A stretch of DNA of 64,000 nucleotides. Origin: Octopus vulgaris. Taxonomy: Eukaryota. The position numbers were made by a program, and so were the translations under genes. Under the pieces are notes generated by a model. The model was given only the letters and a program-made list of their open reading frames with translations, made no database searches and was not told the origin of the DNA. Shown in pieces: positions 10,658-25,212 of this stretch (its first letter is position 1; every line of letters starts with the position of its first letter). Location of the stretch: contig OX597827.1 in the NCBI GenBank assembly GCA_951406725.2, positions 37,882,001 to 37,946,000 of the forward strand, in the 5' to 3' direction.

Positions 10658-13600
10658 GTCAGTATTAAGTTTGCTTTATGTATTTTTCTATGTATTTATC
10701 CTTGTGTCTGAATGTTTTATGTACTTACCTGTATGACTACCGATCTGTATACAAAACTCAGGTTCTCGTGAGTAAGCCTCAAACTTCGTCTAATTCTGTT
10801 TCCAAATTTCATGATTAATTTTTTAATATGAGACATTGTATATCTATACAAAATCGGTCTCTCTCCATTGTTTTAGCATGTGTGTGTATTTATGTGTATG
10901 CACGTAGTTTTTATTTCGTGTTTACATAGATCTGATACATAACTTGGAAGAGGGTCCATAAAGTGGTTTCGATGCGATGTTTTTAACTCTCCTTGTAAGA
11001 ATATACTACTCCTTAATGTATCTTTACTGACCACTAATCACTTTCGGAATTTACCGTGTTACTTCGAGTGGGGTTGTTAATTAGTCATGGTTTGAGGGCT
11101 CGTAGGTATTTTAGTTACGTGCTGCCTTAATTGCAAAATTACCAAGCTTAACGATATTAATTAGTGACGCAAGTAAAATCATTAACAAGCTGGGAGTTGT
11201 TAATAATTTTCCTTTTCTGTGCTCTCAATCCAAGTCTCCTGTTAGTAGTGTAAAATTTAAAACATTTCTATGTAACACTTCTACGCAATTCTAGGAATGC
11301 AGTCTGCCGCCAAAGCTATGCACTTCAAAACTCCACACAACAACATCCAGTTTTGATTAAAATAATCTAAATTGGTTTCATGTGTTCTTGTTGTTTAACC
11401 CCAGGCCTAATCTGATCAAGCAAAACTCATTAATGTGTTCGAGTTACAATTCTAGCTTATCTTCAGGTAGTCTCATTGTCTAATGTGTTAAGATGTAGAA
11501 CGTCCCAGCAGAAGGAACAACTTACTGGTTTCTTATCTCATAGTCCCATCTGCTGTATCCCATTGACTTTACAGCAATAGATTTTCACCTTTCTTGGAAA
11601 ATGTTCCCGAGTCTGAGATTTTATATTTCTTGTTACAAAAATATTTGTAGCTATCAATCATGTTCTGTAGTTTCACTCCTATTTATTGCTCCACTTGCTA
11701 AAAATAGCTGCCAAATTCTCTTAAAACACATGGGGTGGGGGAAAGACATACATAACAATGTAATTCTACATATACAAAAAGATGGAATAGTCGTAGTTGT
11801 GGCTGGTATGTCTTTGGTCATCTAAACATCAACTTATTCTGGAAGTGAAAGAATAAGCTATTATAATATTGTGATTTTATTGCATTAACTCTTGCTTGAC
11901 CAATTTCTAATGAAGTACACTATGTGTCATCATCATTTAAAATCTGTCTTCCATACTGGCATGGATTGGATAATCTGACAGGATTCAATGAGCTGGAGGA
12001 CTGCATCAAGCTCTCGCCATGCTTTCTGTAGCTGGATGTCCTTTCTAATGCCAACTACATTACAGAGTGTATTGGATGTTTTTTCTCATGACACCAGCAC
12101 TAGTGAGGTCGCCAAATAACTTGTAAGACAAAGAAAAAGTAGTCGCCTCTTGACTAAGTGGGATTGTAATAGAGGTGCAGGCAGCTTTATACTAAATGTT
12201 AGCGGGACAGGCACTGCTATCTTGCTCTACAAGAGATACATGGCCTCTCTGCATTACATAAGAGTGGATAGGAGTCACTGAAAAGATGATAAAAATGATG
12301 ATAAATTTTGCTTCAGTTATAGAGAATGAAGCCAAACAAATATTCTGCTTTTATAATGCTGTCATAACTCATAAAAAGAAAACTTTAATCTTTCTCATAT
12401 TTAAGGTATGTATGTTTGTGTGCTTTCACTTTCAGAGGAGCCTACTTATTGTGATCACATTGGAATAAAGGAATTTTTAATAACAATAACAACTTGATAA
12501 ATTTAAGCAGAGCTTTGTTTCTAACAAGGAGTTAATCTTCAATTCATTTTTAACTAAAAAGTTTGACCAACTGATTTTGATAATATTTTCCCCTACATAA
12601 TATGTGTTTGTGCACCCACATGTGTGTGTGTGTGTACATACTCATATAATCATCAGTATACAGCCAGCCATGCCATCTTAACTCACAAACTTAGCTGCTT
12701 TTGATAAGCACTAGTATAACTGACTTGAGAAGTTCACTTTGCAACCATGTGGTTTTGATTTCAGTCCTTGGGTAAATGTCTTTGATTACATCCCTAGCTA
12801 CATGAGGGAATTTCGTAGACAGAAACTACAGGAAGCCTATCAAGTATTTATCTGTGTGTGTGCATGTGTTAATATTCATGTATGTTTATATTTCACCCTT
12901 GTCACCACTTAAGTAAAGTGATGCCGATGCTGACATTCCTTGGTGTGAGTATGACTGGTTACTCTGTGAAATGGAAAAAAAAAACATTCATTACTTGAAA
13001 AACAGGTAAAGATTGGCATTATGCAAAGTATCCATCCATAAAATCCTACCTCAAATATCTCTCCATTGAAACCTGTGCTAGCTGAGACAAAAATGGGCAT
13101 TAAACAAATAACTGAATCCAGACACACAATTCATTAATACAAGTATTTGTGCTCAAAAATGAAACATAGCTTTAGTTTATGTAAGTAACCTACTTCATAA
13201 GTAAGTGGGTAATAAATTGGATCAGTAACCAAAAAGAAAATCACATTCAAACTTGCATAAAAGATAGGATTATGAATGCATTCTGTCTTCAATGTTTGAA
13301 GTAACCAACATTTCAAATACTGTAACACCATTTAATTTTATACTATAAGTTTGAAAGAGTGCTTTTATTATTATTTTTTTTTATTTTAAGAAACTAATGT
13401 TTTTAGTCCGTTAATGTCATTTATAATGATAGTCCATTGATAGTCATATGATGTCACTTATAATATATTAGATATTGTTATTTGAATATAGACTGTAGTT
13501 TATTGGCTTTTTTCAGAGATGATATGCTCAGCTGGGGCCTTTTAAAGTATGTCATCTTACATGATTTATTCAATATTTCCATTAACCCCTTTACTACCAT

Positions 13601-14396
13601 ATTTCTAATGAAATTCACTTCTTAAGTCTTTCAGTCATCTTTGAAAATAATTATCTGAATGGATGGGTTAGATATACTACTGGCCCACATTGTAATAAAT
13701 GTTTGTCAAAGACCTCCCCTTCTTCCCAACAAAAACCCCAATGTATTCTATCTAATTGCTCCAAATGCAACACAGACATGTTCCTACATACTTATGCTGC
13801 ATATCAGATCCAGTGCATGAAACGCAGCAAGTGTTACATCATCTTTTAAAGAACAGCTCAAAAAATGCAGAAACAAAGATTTTGTTTGTGTCTGAGGAGA
13901 GTCATTTTCTTTTTGTGCCTTATAAGATTTTGCTGCTATCATTAAAGCTGTAGGTTGCAATATCATTAACCTATGGATAAAAGCTGTTCTGATTTTGAAA
14001 AAACCCCAAATTAACTGGCTTGATATGACTGCCAGTGGAAACAGTGAACTCAATGGCTCACAGTTCTTGACCCAATTCACCTTTTGCACATGTCACCTAA
14101 ATCATGGAACTCAGTTTACAGCCTCCAAGTTCTTCACCTTTAAGCATATGGTGATACCATTATTTCACAGAAGGATCCAACATGCCAACAAAATGGACAT
14201 GAGCATGTAATTTACCTTTGACAGTGAAAAAGATTTTTTAATTAACTGCCATGTGTACCACCAGCAGTTCATCACATAACTACCATATGCATCACTGGTG
14301 GTTCATTTTCATAATTTAAGAAAATATTTTATTCTGTATCTTTGACATAGTTTTGAAGATATTTAAATAACACGAGTGCTACATATTAAAGTTTAA

Positions 14397-14603
14397 CCCT
14401 TTAGCATTTAAACCAGCCATATCCAGCCAAAATATTCTGCCTCTTTTATGTTCAAACTGGTTAGATTCAATATCTCACACCTGTCCTCATTGTAAAAGAT
14501 AAACAATCACTTAATCAAAATTCTGAAGCCATAAGACAATACATGATTAATTCAAAATCATGCGAATAAATATGCATTACAGAATAATCTGAATGCTAAA
14601 GGG
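14397..14603. mobile_element. piggyBac-type MITE
   Basis: TTAA-ccctttagcatt ... aatgctaaaggg-TTAA. Second copy at 48349-48877. Confidence 0.85.
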
Positions 14604-16125
14604 TTAATTATGAAATATTGAAAAAACAAAAAAAGAAATTACATTTTGTTGTAATTAAGCAGTATGCATTGCAATTGCAAGAAATGCATGGTGTCATTGT
14701 AACAGATTGTGGCAGTTAACATATTAAATAACATTTTCACTACTAGATATTATTAATTAGTGTTTGGAACAAGAATTTTATATCAAATTCATGATGGAAG
14801 TTGTAATGAAAGGTTTTATATCTTATGTTCAGATGCAATCTGAAGCAGGTTGTTATCAAAAGGGTTAATAATATGGAGATTTAATTTATATATTCATAAA
14901 ATCTATTTTATCTGTTGACTTGTAACCATGTTGCAAGGTTATATACTTTGCCTCAATCCTGCATTTTATCATCATCATTGTCATAGAATTTGTGCTTTCA
15001 AATTTTGTATGTAGTACAGATCTGTTCAGCAACATTTCTCTGTGCAATATCATCTATGAGGCACAATATTTTTAGTTGTGACCTAAGTCCTTCCATCTTG
15101 TTATTTTTGTGGTACTTCTTACTATGAACTACTACACATTTCAGTAGCATCCATTTCAATTATACGCTCACATCAATTCACTCATCTCTGTACACACTTC
15201 ACCTAATACCTCATCATCATCATTTAATGTCTGTTTTCCATGTTGGCATAGGTTGGATGGTTCCACAGCAACAGGCAAATCAGAGGACTGCATCAATCCT
15301 TGCTGTCTGCTTTGCCATTTCTATAGCGTAATGCCTTTCCTAATGCCAACCAGCAGTTGTGAGATCACCAAGTAACTTGCAAGACAAGACCTCTCAATTG
15401 AGAGACTGAAAAAAAAAGAGTGTTGCATTGGATGGGACACCTGGCTGCCTCAGGTGGGGAGAGAGTGAGAGAAAGAAGATGGTGGTGAAGGTTAGTGCGT
15501 TGGGGATTGGAGAGGGTAAGTAGGTGAGTTCACAAGATTATGAAAGGAGAGTGGTAAACGGAGGTGGTATTGGGAGGTTTAAGTTGTGGGGAAGAGATTC
15601 AATGGGGACATATTGTGTACTGGTAGGAATGTGTTGTAGAGTGGGATGAATGCAGTGGTTGGTGAGTATGGATAGGCGAAGGGGAGAGATGTTGGGAAAA
15701 TGGGTTGTAGAAGAGATTTATCAGGGACAGGTTATGCGTGTGTGGGAGGGTTGGAGCATGAACATAAAGGATATGCCCTTTGTAGCCTTGATTTTTACAG
15801 CAAATTGCCAATTATTTCACTCCTTTGTCATCTCCTCTTAAAATCTCCTTTCACTCTGAGAAAGAAGCCCTGAGAGCGAAAGGCTGTAGAACATTTGTTA
15901 AGATTGTTATTGATTTCTAGAATGATATCCAGTGTTTAGCTATGTCATGAGGTAGGTCCCTAAGGTCTAACAACACAAGAGTCGCTTATCTTGTGAAGTG
16001 TTGCTAACATATTTAATATAGCGAGTCTCTGCATTATGTCAACACTAACTTCCCTTTGTTTTTCATGTTGCAGGCATCCCTGTGTATTTTCTGACCAGAC
16101 ATTATATGTGTATTTTTTTAAACAG

Positions 16126-16329
16126 GCTTCCAAGTGGCCCAGCTCTGCCTAGTGCATCAGCCATACCTCCACAGCCTCCGCCCAGACCAAATCGGACGCA
16201 AGGCAGCAGTTTACCATCTTACCGCAGCAGTCCATTTGGTTCTTATGGTTTATATAACAACAATAGTTATGGTGGCAATCCCTACATGCCTTACCATTCC
16301 AATTATGGTATGAACTATGGTTACAGTGG
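16126..16329 (+). CDS. PEX13: PEX13 exon 2 (Pro-rich PPPRP and YG-rich domain)
   Basis: tttaaacag acceptor, gtaagt donor, 204 nt. PPQPPPRP..YGLYNNNSYGGNPY..YGMNYGYSG. Confidence 0.92.
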
Positions 16330-17197
16330 GTAAGTCTTTCGTTGTTGAAGTAATTGTTATTGCTGTTGTTGTTGCCGTGAAAGTATAATAGTAAAATCTC
16401 AGTCTGTGACCTAGTTTTAAAGATAACAGGATTTTAAAAAAAATTTTAGTGACACGAAGCTGGCTAACACAAGAGAGAACTAAATTTACTGCTAAATTGG
16501 AACATTCCTGATAATATCCACTTATTAGTCACATGACCTACAAATGCCCTTTGCAGATCCTTTTTTGTTTTAAGTATTGGTGGAGTAGCACAGTTGGCAA
16601 CTTCTATGCAAGTCTCATTGGAGTTGAGTAATCTCATAGGAGTGCATTTTTGATAATGGCATCAATTATAATATCATTTTACATCTGCTTTTACTCTGGC
16701 ATGGGTTGGACAGGTGATCACAGTCCAAGTCAGTTCTTGTTTGGAGTTATTGTCCTCTTAGATGGCTCTTGATTGTACATTTATTTTTGGCTTTGTTTCT
16801 CTGGCTAGGTTAACATTAACTAACATAACAACTATTTCAGTGATAATAGAAAAATACTAGAAGTTAGTATTTAATAAGCTGTTTGGGTCTATTCTCTGTG
16901 TTTGTGTATGAAAATCCTCTGGTGTTTGCATTATGGATATATTTGTGTGTTTGTGTATGGATCTTCCTTAGCACTTGTCTATAAAGCTATACCTACTCTA
17001 TGATGCTACTCAACCGTGCAAAGCTATTCTGGGGTATGGAGCCATTCTATTCGTTGGAAATACTCCAATATATGAAATTACTCTAGTATTATTTTAATGA
17101 ATGTTTGACATGATATTCTGAAATTCTAATTTACTTCATTCATATGAAATTTGAAATTTAATTTGGTTTAATAGTTAAATCTTCATTCTTTTCTCAG

Positions 17198-17658
17198 GTT
17201 TGGCACTTCAAATAGTGTCATTGATGACTACAACAGCTTGTACCGACAAGTGGAGGGGAGTTCACGGCAGGCATTCCAGTCAGTTGAAAGTATTGTTCAG
17301 GCCTTTACCTCAGTTAGTATGATGTTGGATTCCACATTCCAGGCCTTGTATAGTTCTTTCAGAGCTGTAGTAGGTGTAGCTGACAATCTTTCTCGTCTCC
17401 GTTCTCAGTTATACAGCATTCTGTCAGCTTTGGCCATCATGCGAACTCTGAAGTACATCATTCGTAAAATACTTGAGGTGTTCAGATTGCGACCAAAGGG
17501 CCATGCAGCAGCAGCTTGGCAAGAAGCTTCAGTTGGTTTATTACCCCAGCAATCAATTTTTCCTGCTGATTCAAAAGGGCTCAGTTCTTGGCCCATTTTA
17601 ATGTTTTTTGGAATCATAGTTGGTGCTCCATGGTTGATTTGGAAATTAATCTCTGCAA
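17198..17658 (+). CDS. PEX13: PEX13 exon 3 (Peroxin-13 N domain, amphipathic helix and TM)
   Basis: SSRQAFQSVESIVQAFTSVSMMLDSTFQALYSSFRAVVGVA..SWPILMFFGIIVGAPWLIWKL. ttctcag acceptor and gtgagt donor. Confidence 0.97.
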
Positions 17659-18780
17659 GTGAGTTTTGTTTTATATTTTTCCCTTTTGCCTTAATGTTCA
17701 GATATTTTTTTTTTCAGTTTAATCAATGAAAATGTACAATGTAGGGGTCAATAAAATAAGTATTAGTGAAAGACTGGGGTCAGTATAATTGACTGACCTA
17801 CTCCCCTCAAAATAGCTGGCCTTGTGTCAAAAATTAGAAAAAATTATTATATTGTGTCTATATCAATCTATATCAAATCTTAACTTTTTTACACAATCTA
17901 CAGGAATGTTAGGTATTATGATTATGAAATTTTTTTCTCAGTTGTAATCTTTATGTTTGGAAGTCAGATACTCAGATGTAAGTGAGACGTACATTTGACA
18001 CAATAACTTCCTAGATAAAATACCTACTTTCTGATGACTGTAGTGACTAAGTTCCCACTACAGACAGATACGAAGTGGACAATCTTTCCTCGCTTTTTGT
18101 TTTCCTATGTGGCCTACTATGGCTGTCATTACAAGACCAGACAGCTACAGATTAATTTTATAGCTATTATTAGGTCCAGTCTTTTGTTACTAAAACAGGT
18201 CCTTCACAGAATGACATCCAACTATACAAACATTAGTTCCAACAATATGAAATATCCTCCAATCCATATCAAGTTAACATGAGATTAGTCACCATTGATA
18301 TTGTTACTTACGAAGGTGGGTCTGAAAAAGCAGTGGTGTGTCACACAAACCCTCTTGGTCCTTTTACATTCTGTGTTGAAATTTGACAAGGTTAGATTTT
18401 CCTCCCACTCTTCCAGGGCCAATAAAATAAAGTACAGTCATGTACTGAGGTTGATCTAATTGACTGTAACTCTTCCTCTTAAAAGTATGGTTTTGTAATT
18501 ATTTATTATTTGCTAGATCTGAAGGAAGGTCTTCACAAGTCATCTGAAACTGGTGAGATTAAGGTCTTTAATGCTCCAAGTCAATTCCTGGAGGGAGGGG
18601 AGATAAATCTAGAAAACTAACGTTCTGGAAAAGAAGGAAGGCCAGGCTGTATTGGTTAATGTAGGACCTGGGTAGGAGTGTTGGATATAACAGAAGTGAT
18701 GAATAAATGCTATTCCACACTGTGAACAGAAAGAGTTTATGTTATATCCTTAAAGCCTCCAATATTGTAGTACGTTTGAC

Positions 18781-19380
18781 ATCATCATCATCGTTTAACG
18801 TCCGCTTTCCATGCTAGCATGGGTTGGACGGTTCAACTGGGGTCTGGGAAGCCAGAAGGCTGCACCAGGCCCAGTCTGATCTGGCAGTGTTTCTACAGCT
18901 GGATGCCCTTCCTAACACCAACCACTCCATGAGTGTAGTGGGTGCTTTTTACGTGCCACTGGCACGGAGACTAGACGAAGCTGGCAACGGCCATGATTGG
19001 ATGGTGCTTTTTACGTGCCACCAGCACGGAGGCCAGTCAGGGCGGCGCTGGCTACGGCCATGTTCGGATGGTCCTCTTACGTGCCACCGGCACTGGTATC
19101 ACAGCTACAAATTCCATTGATGTTGATCGATTACGATTTTGATTTTCACTTGCCTCAACGGGTCTTCACAAGTGGAGTTTTGTGTCCCAAGAAGGAAAGG
19201 AATGCATAAGTGGGCTGGCTACATCCCAGGTAGAGGCCACGGGATTATGGCCTCACTTGTCCTGCCGGGTCTTCTCATGCACAGCGTACTTCCAAAGGTC
19301 TCGGTCTCTAGTCATTTCCTCGGTGAGACCTAAAGTTCGAAGGTCGTGCTTCACCACCTCGTCCCAGGTTTTCCTGGGTC
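18781..19380 (-). mobile_element. RTE LINE 3' end with (GAT)n tail
   Basis: Near-identical reverse complement of 44245-44920. Encodes RKTWDEVVKHDLRTLGL and ends in a gatgatgat tail. Confidence 0.85.
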
Positions 19381-19389
19381 TATCTATAC

Positions 19390-20330
19390 TGTAACAGTGT
19401 TATAACTATATAAAATAGAAATAGCAGCAGTAATGAGCACGTAATGAACCAACAATCAATATTTCCTACACACTAACTTGAACTGTAAACTGTACCTGGA
19501 CTTCAAAGATCAAACTACAAACTCCCTCCTATGTCAGACTGCTACTATTTATATGTAGCAGTCCCATCTATTCTTGTTAGGGGGTGTCGTACTCTCACCA
19601 AACATCTCCCCTTTTGAGATATTGAGCTCTGAAGAAATAAAGTAATTTTATTTATTATCTCAAGGTGTTCAGTCTACTTCTATTTTCTCATGCTGGTCCT
19701 ATGGGACTCCATTACTTTCAGTCGGATACATAAAAAAATACTTCCATAGGAATTTCTCTCCATTCTTCGGTATGTCTCTTCTTAAGCTGATTTATGTGTC
19801 TCTTATGTTCCCAGGGCGGGCCTTTAATTAGATACATCATACTTCCTATTTTTTTGGCTACAAGGCCATCTTCCGAGCCTTCTTTACAATTTCTGTAAGT
19901 TTTAAATGCACTTTATCTCCTACTTCGAAATATTTCGTTGCATCTTTTGCATCTTTACATCTTTTTTTCTCTGGCAATAACTTATCAAAAATCGATTTTA
20001 TTCTTCTTGTGAACATCAACTCTGTGGGTGACTTTCCTGAATTTGTATGTGACTTAGGGGTTACTCTATATACCCTTAATAATTTTATTAGTGCTTCATT
20101 GTTACTTAATTTGTTCCTAGCTTTTCTTAACGCCTTTTTGAACGTGCTCCCGAATCTTTCTACCTGCCCATTTGACTTCAGATGGTAGGGTGGAGTGAAA
20201 ATATGCTTTATTGCATGCATTTTACAGAAGTTCTTGAATTCATACCCCAAGAATTAACGTGTCTGGAACACAGTATTGCGCAAACAATTTATATAGGAAC
20301 TTTATAGTTGTCATAGTGGTTGGTTTATTG
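19390..20330 (-). mobile_element. Gypsy integrase fragment plus polypurine tract and 3' LTR
   Basis: ORF 19858-20250 has TPPYHLKSNGQVERF..SPTELMFTR. PPT aaaaggggaga is followed by an LTR TG...CA at 19604-19390. Confidence 0.85.
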
Positions 20331-20339
20331 AGACAGAAA

Positions 20340-21351
20340 AAATAATATAATTACTATCTGAAGGACAAAATACTCTATCAATTGCAAAAATATTTACATG
20401 AGATCACCACACAATTAAGAAGCCTGTTGTAGACAACAAGGTGTTGCTTGATCCTCCAAGACCAAACCCAAATCCCTTAAACCCCAAGATGAATGAAAAC
20501 TGAAGTATGCCATGATGGAAAATCCTCATGCAATGAGTAGTAAGATTTCTGAGGCAGCTGGCATCAGCAATGTACCAAAAAGCTTGGTAGTGCCAAAAAG
20601 ATGGAAATTTCACCTCCCCTTTTGAAAAACCATCACAAGAAAATGTTGGCTACACAGAAAAATACATGAAACAGAATTTTCACGATATCCTATGGACCGA
20701 TGAGTGTAGAGCAACACTGGATGGTCCCGATGGTTGCTTAGTGGACGAAATAGCATAGCCCATATTAGGAGGCAACAAGGGGGAGGAGGGGTGATGTTCT
20801 GGGCTGGATTGCTTGGGAACACAATAACAGGTCTTTTCAGGGTTGCACAAGGGGTTAAAATAAATTCTGTAAACTATTGTCAATTTCTGAGTGATAATTT
20901 CCTTCCTTGGTATCAGTCAGCAGAGAAAAAGAGCATCAATTATTTTCATGCAGGACAAAGCTCCATCACATGCTTCAAAGTATTCTATGAAGTGGTTGAA
21001 TGATTATGACATCTTGGAATCCAATGGGTGCCAAATAGTCCTGACTGAACTTTGGAGAGCAATATGTGATACATGTTACAGTGTACCAATGCAGCAACTA
21101 GAAAATCTTGTCTCTTCAGTTGATAAGAGGCTTTTGGAGTTGATTAAAAAGAAAGGAGGCTGTATTAGGAGATACCGAATATTATTGTTTGTTATATGAC
21201 TATTATACAATTTTTGCTCAACTTTCTAAAATATTATGCAAAGGTATATTGTATCTCAAATACATACTGACAAAAATGTTCAAATAAGCATTTATTTAGT
21301 TTTAAAATTTTTTTTTTTTGGCATTTCTAAACTCATTTTGGTCAGTATGTA
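20340..21351 (+). mobile_element. Decayed Tc1/mariner transposon
   Basis: GGGGVMFWAG and FMQDKAPSHAS motifs. Terminal cattttggtcagtatg-TA. Confidence 0.8.
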
Positions 21352-22730
21352 ACTATTCATTCTTATTTGTCCAATTATCTTTGACTTAATAATTTTGAGA
21401 AGTACTTGGTACTTTAATTTGCACTACAATTTTCTATGTACTGATTAACACTTTTCATTATTTCCCTTGTTTTTTTTTATAACACAGTTTCTTTGTTTGA
21501 CTAAAACCCTTCAAGGTGATATTCCAGCCTGACCTCAGTCCAGTCTCTGAAACCAATAAAAGATAAACAATATTTATACATACATGTGTGTGTGTATGTG
21601 TATAGTTGTAGTGTCTCATGTACGCTTCATGTTCCTATGCATGTAGTAGTAACAATATTACTGGTTACATGTTAATCAACAACATTTAGTGTCTCTAGAT
21701 AAAGCTCCATGCAGCTATGATTAGCCAAAAGATTGTTGTTTACCTCTAAGGTCAACCCTAATCAAACTGACCTATGATCAAAGCAACCCACCTGTGACCA
21801 TCTTGTCTTTTTTCCAGATATATTAATAGTACATCAAGGACTACATTATAGGAATTCTATTTCTGTGTAGAAAGTATATTATAGTTTCTCTGAGTGTTGC
21901 AGCTAACTAGGTTGATTGGGTGAGGACTGGCAAGCTAGGAGGCTGCACCAGGTTCCAGTCTGATCTGGCAACGTTTCTACAGCTGCATGCCCTTCCTAAT
22001 GCCAACCACTCCAAGAGTGTAGTGAGTGCTTTTTACATGCCACTGGCACAGGTGCCAGTCAGGCAGCACTGGCATTGACCATGCTTGAATAGTGCTTTTT
22101 ACATACCACCTGCACAGGAGCAAGTCAGGCGGTACTGGCATCAACCAAGCTCAAATGGTGCTTTTTAGGTGCCACTGGCATCAGCCATGACTATGATTTC
22201 ACTTGACTCAACAGATCTTCTCAAACACAGCATATTGCCTGACAATTGAAAGGTAATTTTAAACGGGCCAGTTATGTGACACTGGCATTGGCCATGGCTA
22301 CGATCTATTATCTATATAGTTTTTTTTTATTTATTTATGCTTTGTTTACCATTTAGGTGACAGGCTGCCCACATTACCATCTGATGAGCCAATGAAAGTT
22401 GTCACTCGACCTGCTAGAAACAGCAACCAATCCTTACTGTTTTAAAAATGACAGAACATGAGATAATGCAGTTCTGCATACCTTAAAAAGACACGATGAT
22501 CATGACTGGAAGCTCTTTAAATCCAGGGTCTACTCAGCCGGAGCTGACTTCAGGTTAAACGCCATCTGATCTGTTGGCAACTTTAGCTGAGTTTAGCATT
22601 GCAAACATACACTGACATGGTTTCTTAATTCTCTCTTTTTACTGCAGATGTTCAGGCAGACCATTTTTTTTACTCAATCAATATCATCTTAAAAAAAGCT
22701 AGCTATATAATTTTCTCTCTATTTATTTAG

Positions 22731-22856
22731 AGCTTCCTGGCTGGGTAACAGGTGATGATGACCATTATGTGTCCTATGGCCTCTATAACTTTGTTGCTGA
22801 AAGTAATGATGAATTATCATTCAATGCAGGCCAGAAGATTATCATTGCACCTAAAG
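22731..22856 (+). CDS. PEX13: PEX13 exon 4 (first half of SH3)
   Basis: WVTGDDDHYVSYGLYNFVAESNDELSFNAGQKIIIAPK. 126 nt, phase 1-1, tttag / gtat boundaries. Confidence 0.95.
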
Positions 22857-24952
22857 GTATTGTTGGATTAACAGTATTATTGTTGTTATTAAAAATAGAG
22901 TAACAGAAAGAGGAGGGTGCTATGGTAAATATTGTATGATAGTTTCATCTCTCGATGGTTGGACTTCAAATGACATGAGGATGAAATTTGCCTGTCATGT
23001 TTGTAGACATGATAAAATACTCGGGGTCTGTTAATTGATGTAATAGAGTGAGATGACATGTAATAATTGATAATTTTGATCTTATTGGATATGTTAATAT
23101 ATAAGAGAAAAATTATCATATTCTCAAAGACTTTGTGTTATGTTCTATATAGTATGAATTATTTGATAGTATGTTGGATATATTGAATTCATTTAGAATA
23201 ATTATCAGTTTCCAAATATAAACTTCTACATAATAGAGGGTTATTATATCTTGGCTTAAAAATACAGTTGGCCAGCTCAGTAAAGCAGTTTTATTGATAG
23301 TTAATGCATATAACTATAGACATTAGGAAGATCACATTTACCATTAAAATTTCCAGGTTCTATGTTTATGAGTGTAGTTATTGTAAGAAGTAATCTTTTG
23401 ATGAAATTTCAGCTTTGTTGAGGTGTAACAATTTCACTTCATTTACATAGACAAGCATGGCTTTATGGTTAAGAAGTCTGTTTTGAAACCACTCTTTTCA
23501 GTTCAGCCCCATTACAACACAAGCCATATGCCAATTAATGTCTTGTGCATGGAAACTGTGAGAGCCCATTATATGTTATGTATATATGTCATCAACTGGC
23601 ACAAAGCTATCTCCCCCTTCCAGTTATCTTGCATACATATTGATGACCTTTGCTGGTGCCATGCATAATGCACCCAGTACACTTTGTAAAGTGTTTGGCA
23701 TTAGGAAAGGCATCCAGCTGTAGAAATCATGCCAAAATAGACAATAGAGCTCGGCAATCCACTGGTTTGCTAGCTCTTGTCAAACTGTTTAACTTATGCC
23801 AGCATGGAAAATAAATGTTAAATGATGATGGAGCGTGATCGTTACCAAAGTCGCCTTACTGGCTCCTGTGCTGGTGGCATGTGTAGAAAGGATTCGAGCG
23901 AGGTCGTTGCCAGTACCGCCTGACTGGCCCCCATGCCGGTGGCACGTAAAAAGCACCCACTACACTCTCGGAGTGGTTCTAGTATGGAAAGCGGACGTTA
24001 AACGATGATGATGAGGAGGAGGAGTTTCCCCACTATCTCATCTTTATATTAACATTAATTGACTACCAGTGTTGGCTTATGTCCTTGTAAGAAAGGGGTA
24101 CTGAAGCAAATAGAATGAGTATTAAGCTTATGGTGTCAATTTGATCTTTTAAACCCTTCAAGGTGGTGCCACCAGCATGGTCACAGTCCAGTATCTGATG
24201 AAACCAGTAAAAGAGAATATTACTTGCCATTCTTAAGGGTCAGAGACCATGCTCTGTAAGAAATGGTTATCATAACAGCAGGCGGTCAACTGGCACTAAC
24301 GCTCCAGTAAACAGTGCCTGTTACCTTGAATGGTTATAACGCATTTATTCCCTCTTGAAACCACTCCACTTCCTTAGCTGTATCAAAGAGTTTCATATTT
24401 TACAACCTGGTGACTCCTTTGTGACATCACTTTAGACAAGAGTTCTACTTGGCAAACCCATTCCTATCTGAGCTACACTCATTTTAAGTGCATAGTGGAC
24501 TGGTTGTCACACTGTGAAGACACTAAATAACATCATTTGAACTGTTGACAGTTGCTGCTTGTCCACTCAGCCCATGTTTCATTATGTCTAAAACATTGTC
24601 ACACTAAATGCTTAGTTTAGTAAACTATGTTTAGTATACATTCTAGTATATATATATATATAAGCAGACTATTGTTGCCATAATAACTGATGTATACTGC
24701 CTTGGCAGCAGTATGTATGTTCCATAGCATAGTCAAGTGTCAATGTTATGTCATTTTGATAAATGATGCAATTATTCTTTTATGAATAGTAGCATTGTTG
24801 GTTATGGATCAATCACTGGCTCACTTTATTTACAATGCTGAATGACTTGCATAGTGTGAAATCAAACTTAACTGTACAGCTATCCTATGGCCTTTATGTA
24901 ATATATTTGATTAGCATTATATTTGACTAAAACATTTGTTTATTTTCTTTAG

Positions 24953-25212
24953 ATGAACAACCACGACTGAAAGGCTGGATTTTGGCTTCTGTTGACGGCA
25001 AAAAAATTGGCTTAGTTCCTGCAAATTACATCAAAGAACCTGTACGGTGTACTGGACGAAAGAATATTTTGGTTGAAAACACAATTAACCCTGTGCCATC
25101 ACGCTCATTTAGCTGTCCTACTGACTCTCAAGAAAATTATGGTAAAACAGTGTCGGACAAAAATATGGAAGATATATTTGAGTCGTGTCACTCTGCACCA
25201 ACAGTCACTTGA
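24953..25212 (+). CDS. PEX13: PEX13 exon 5 (second half of SH3, stop)
   Basis: EQPRLKGWILASVDGKKIGLVPANYIK, TGA at 25210-25212. Joined CDS is 1140 nt (379 aa). Confidence 0.95.

Noticed and set aside
15851-15892. Hammerhead-like ctgagaaag..gcGAAAggctGTA
   Set aside because: The core is not CUGANGA and stems I and II do not pair. At best a dead relic.
22381-22405. CTGATGA..GAAA..GTC
   Set aside because: No stem II or III pairing; it lies in a dispersed repeat.
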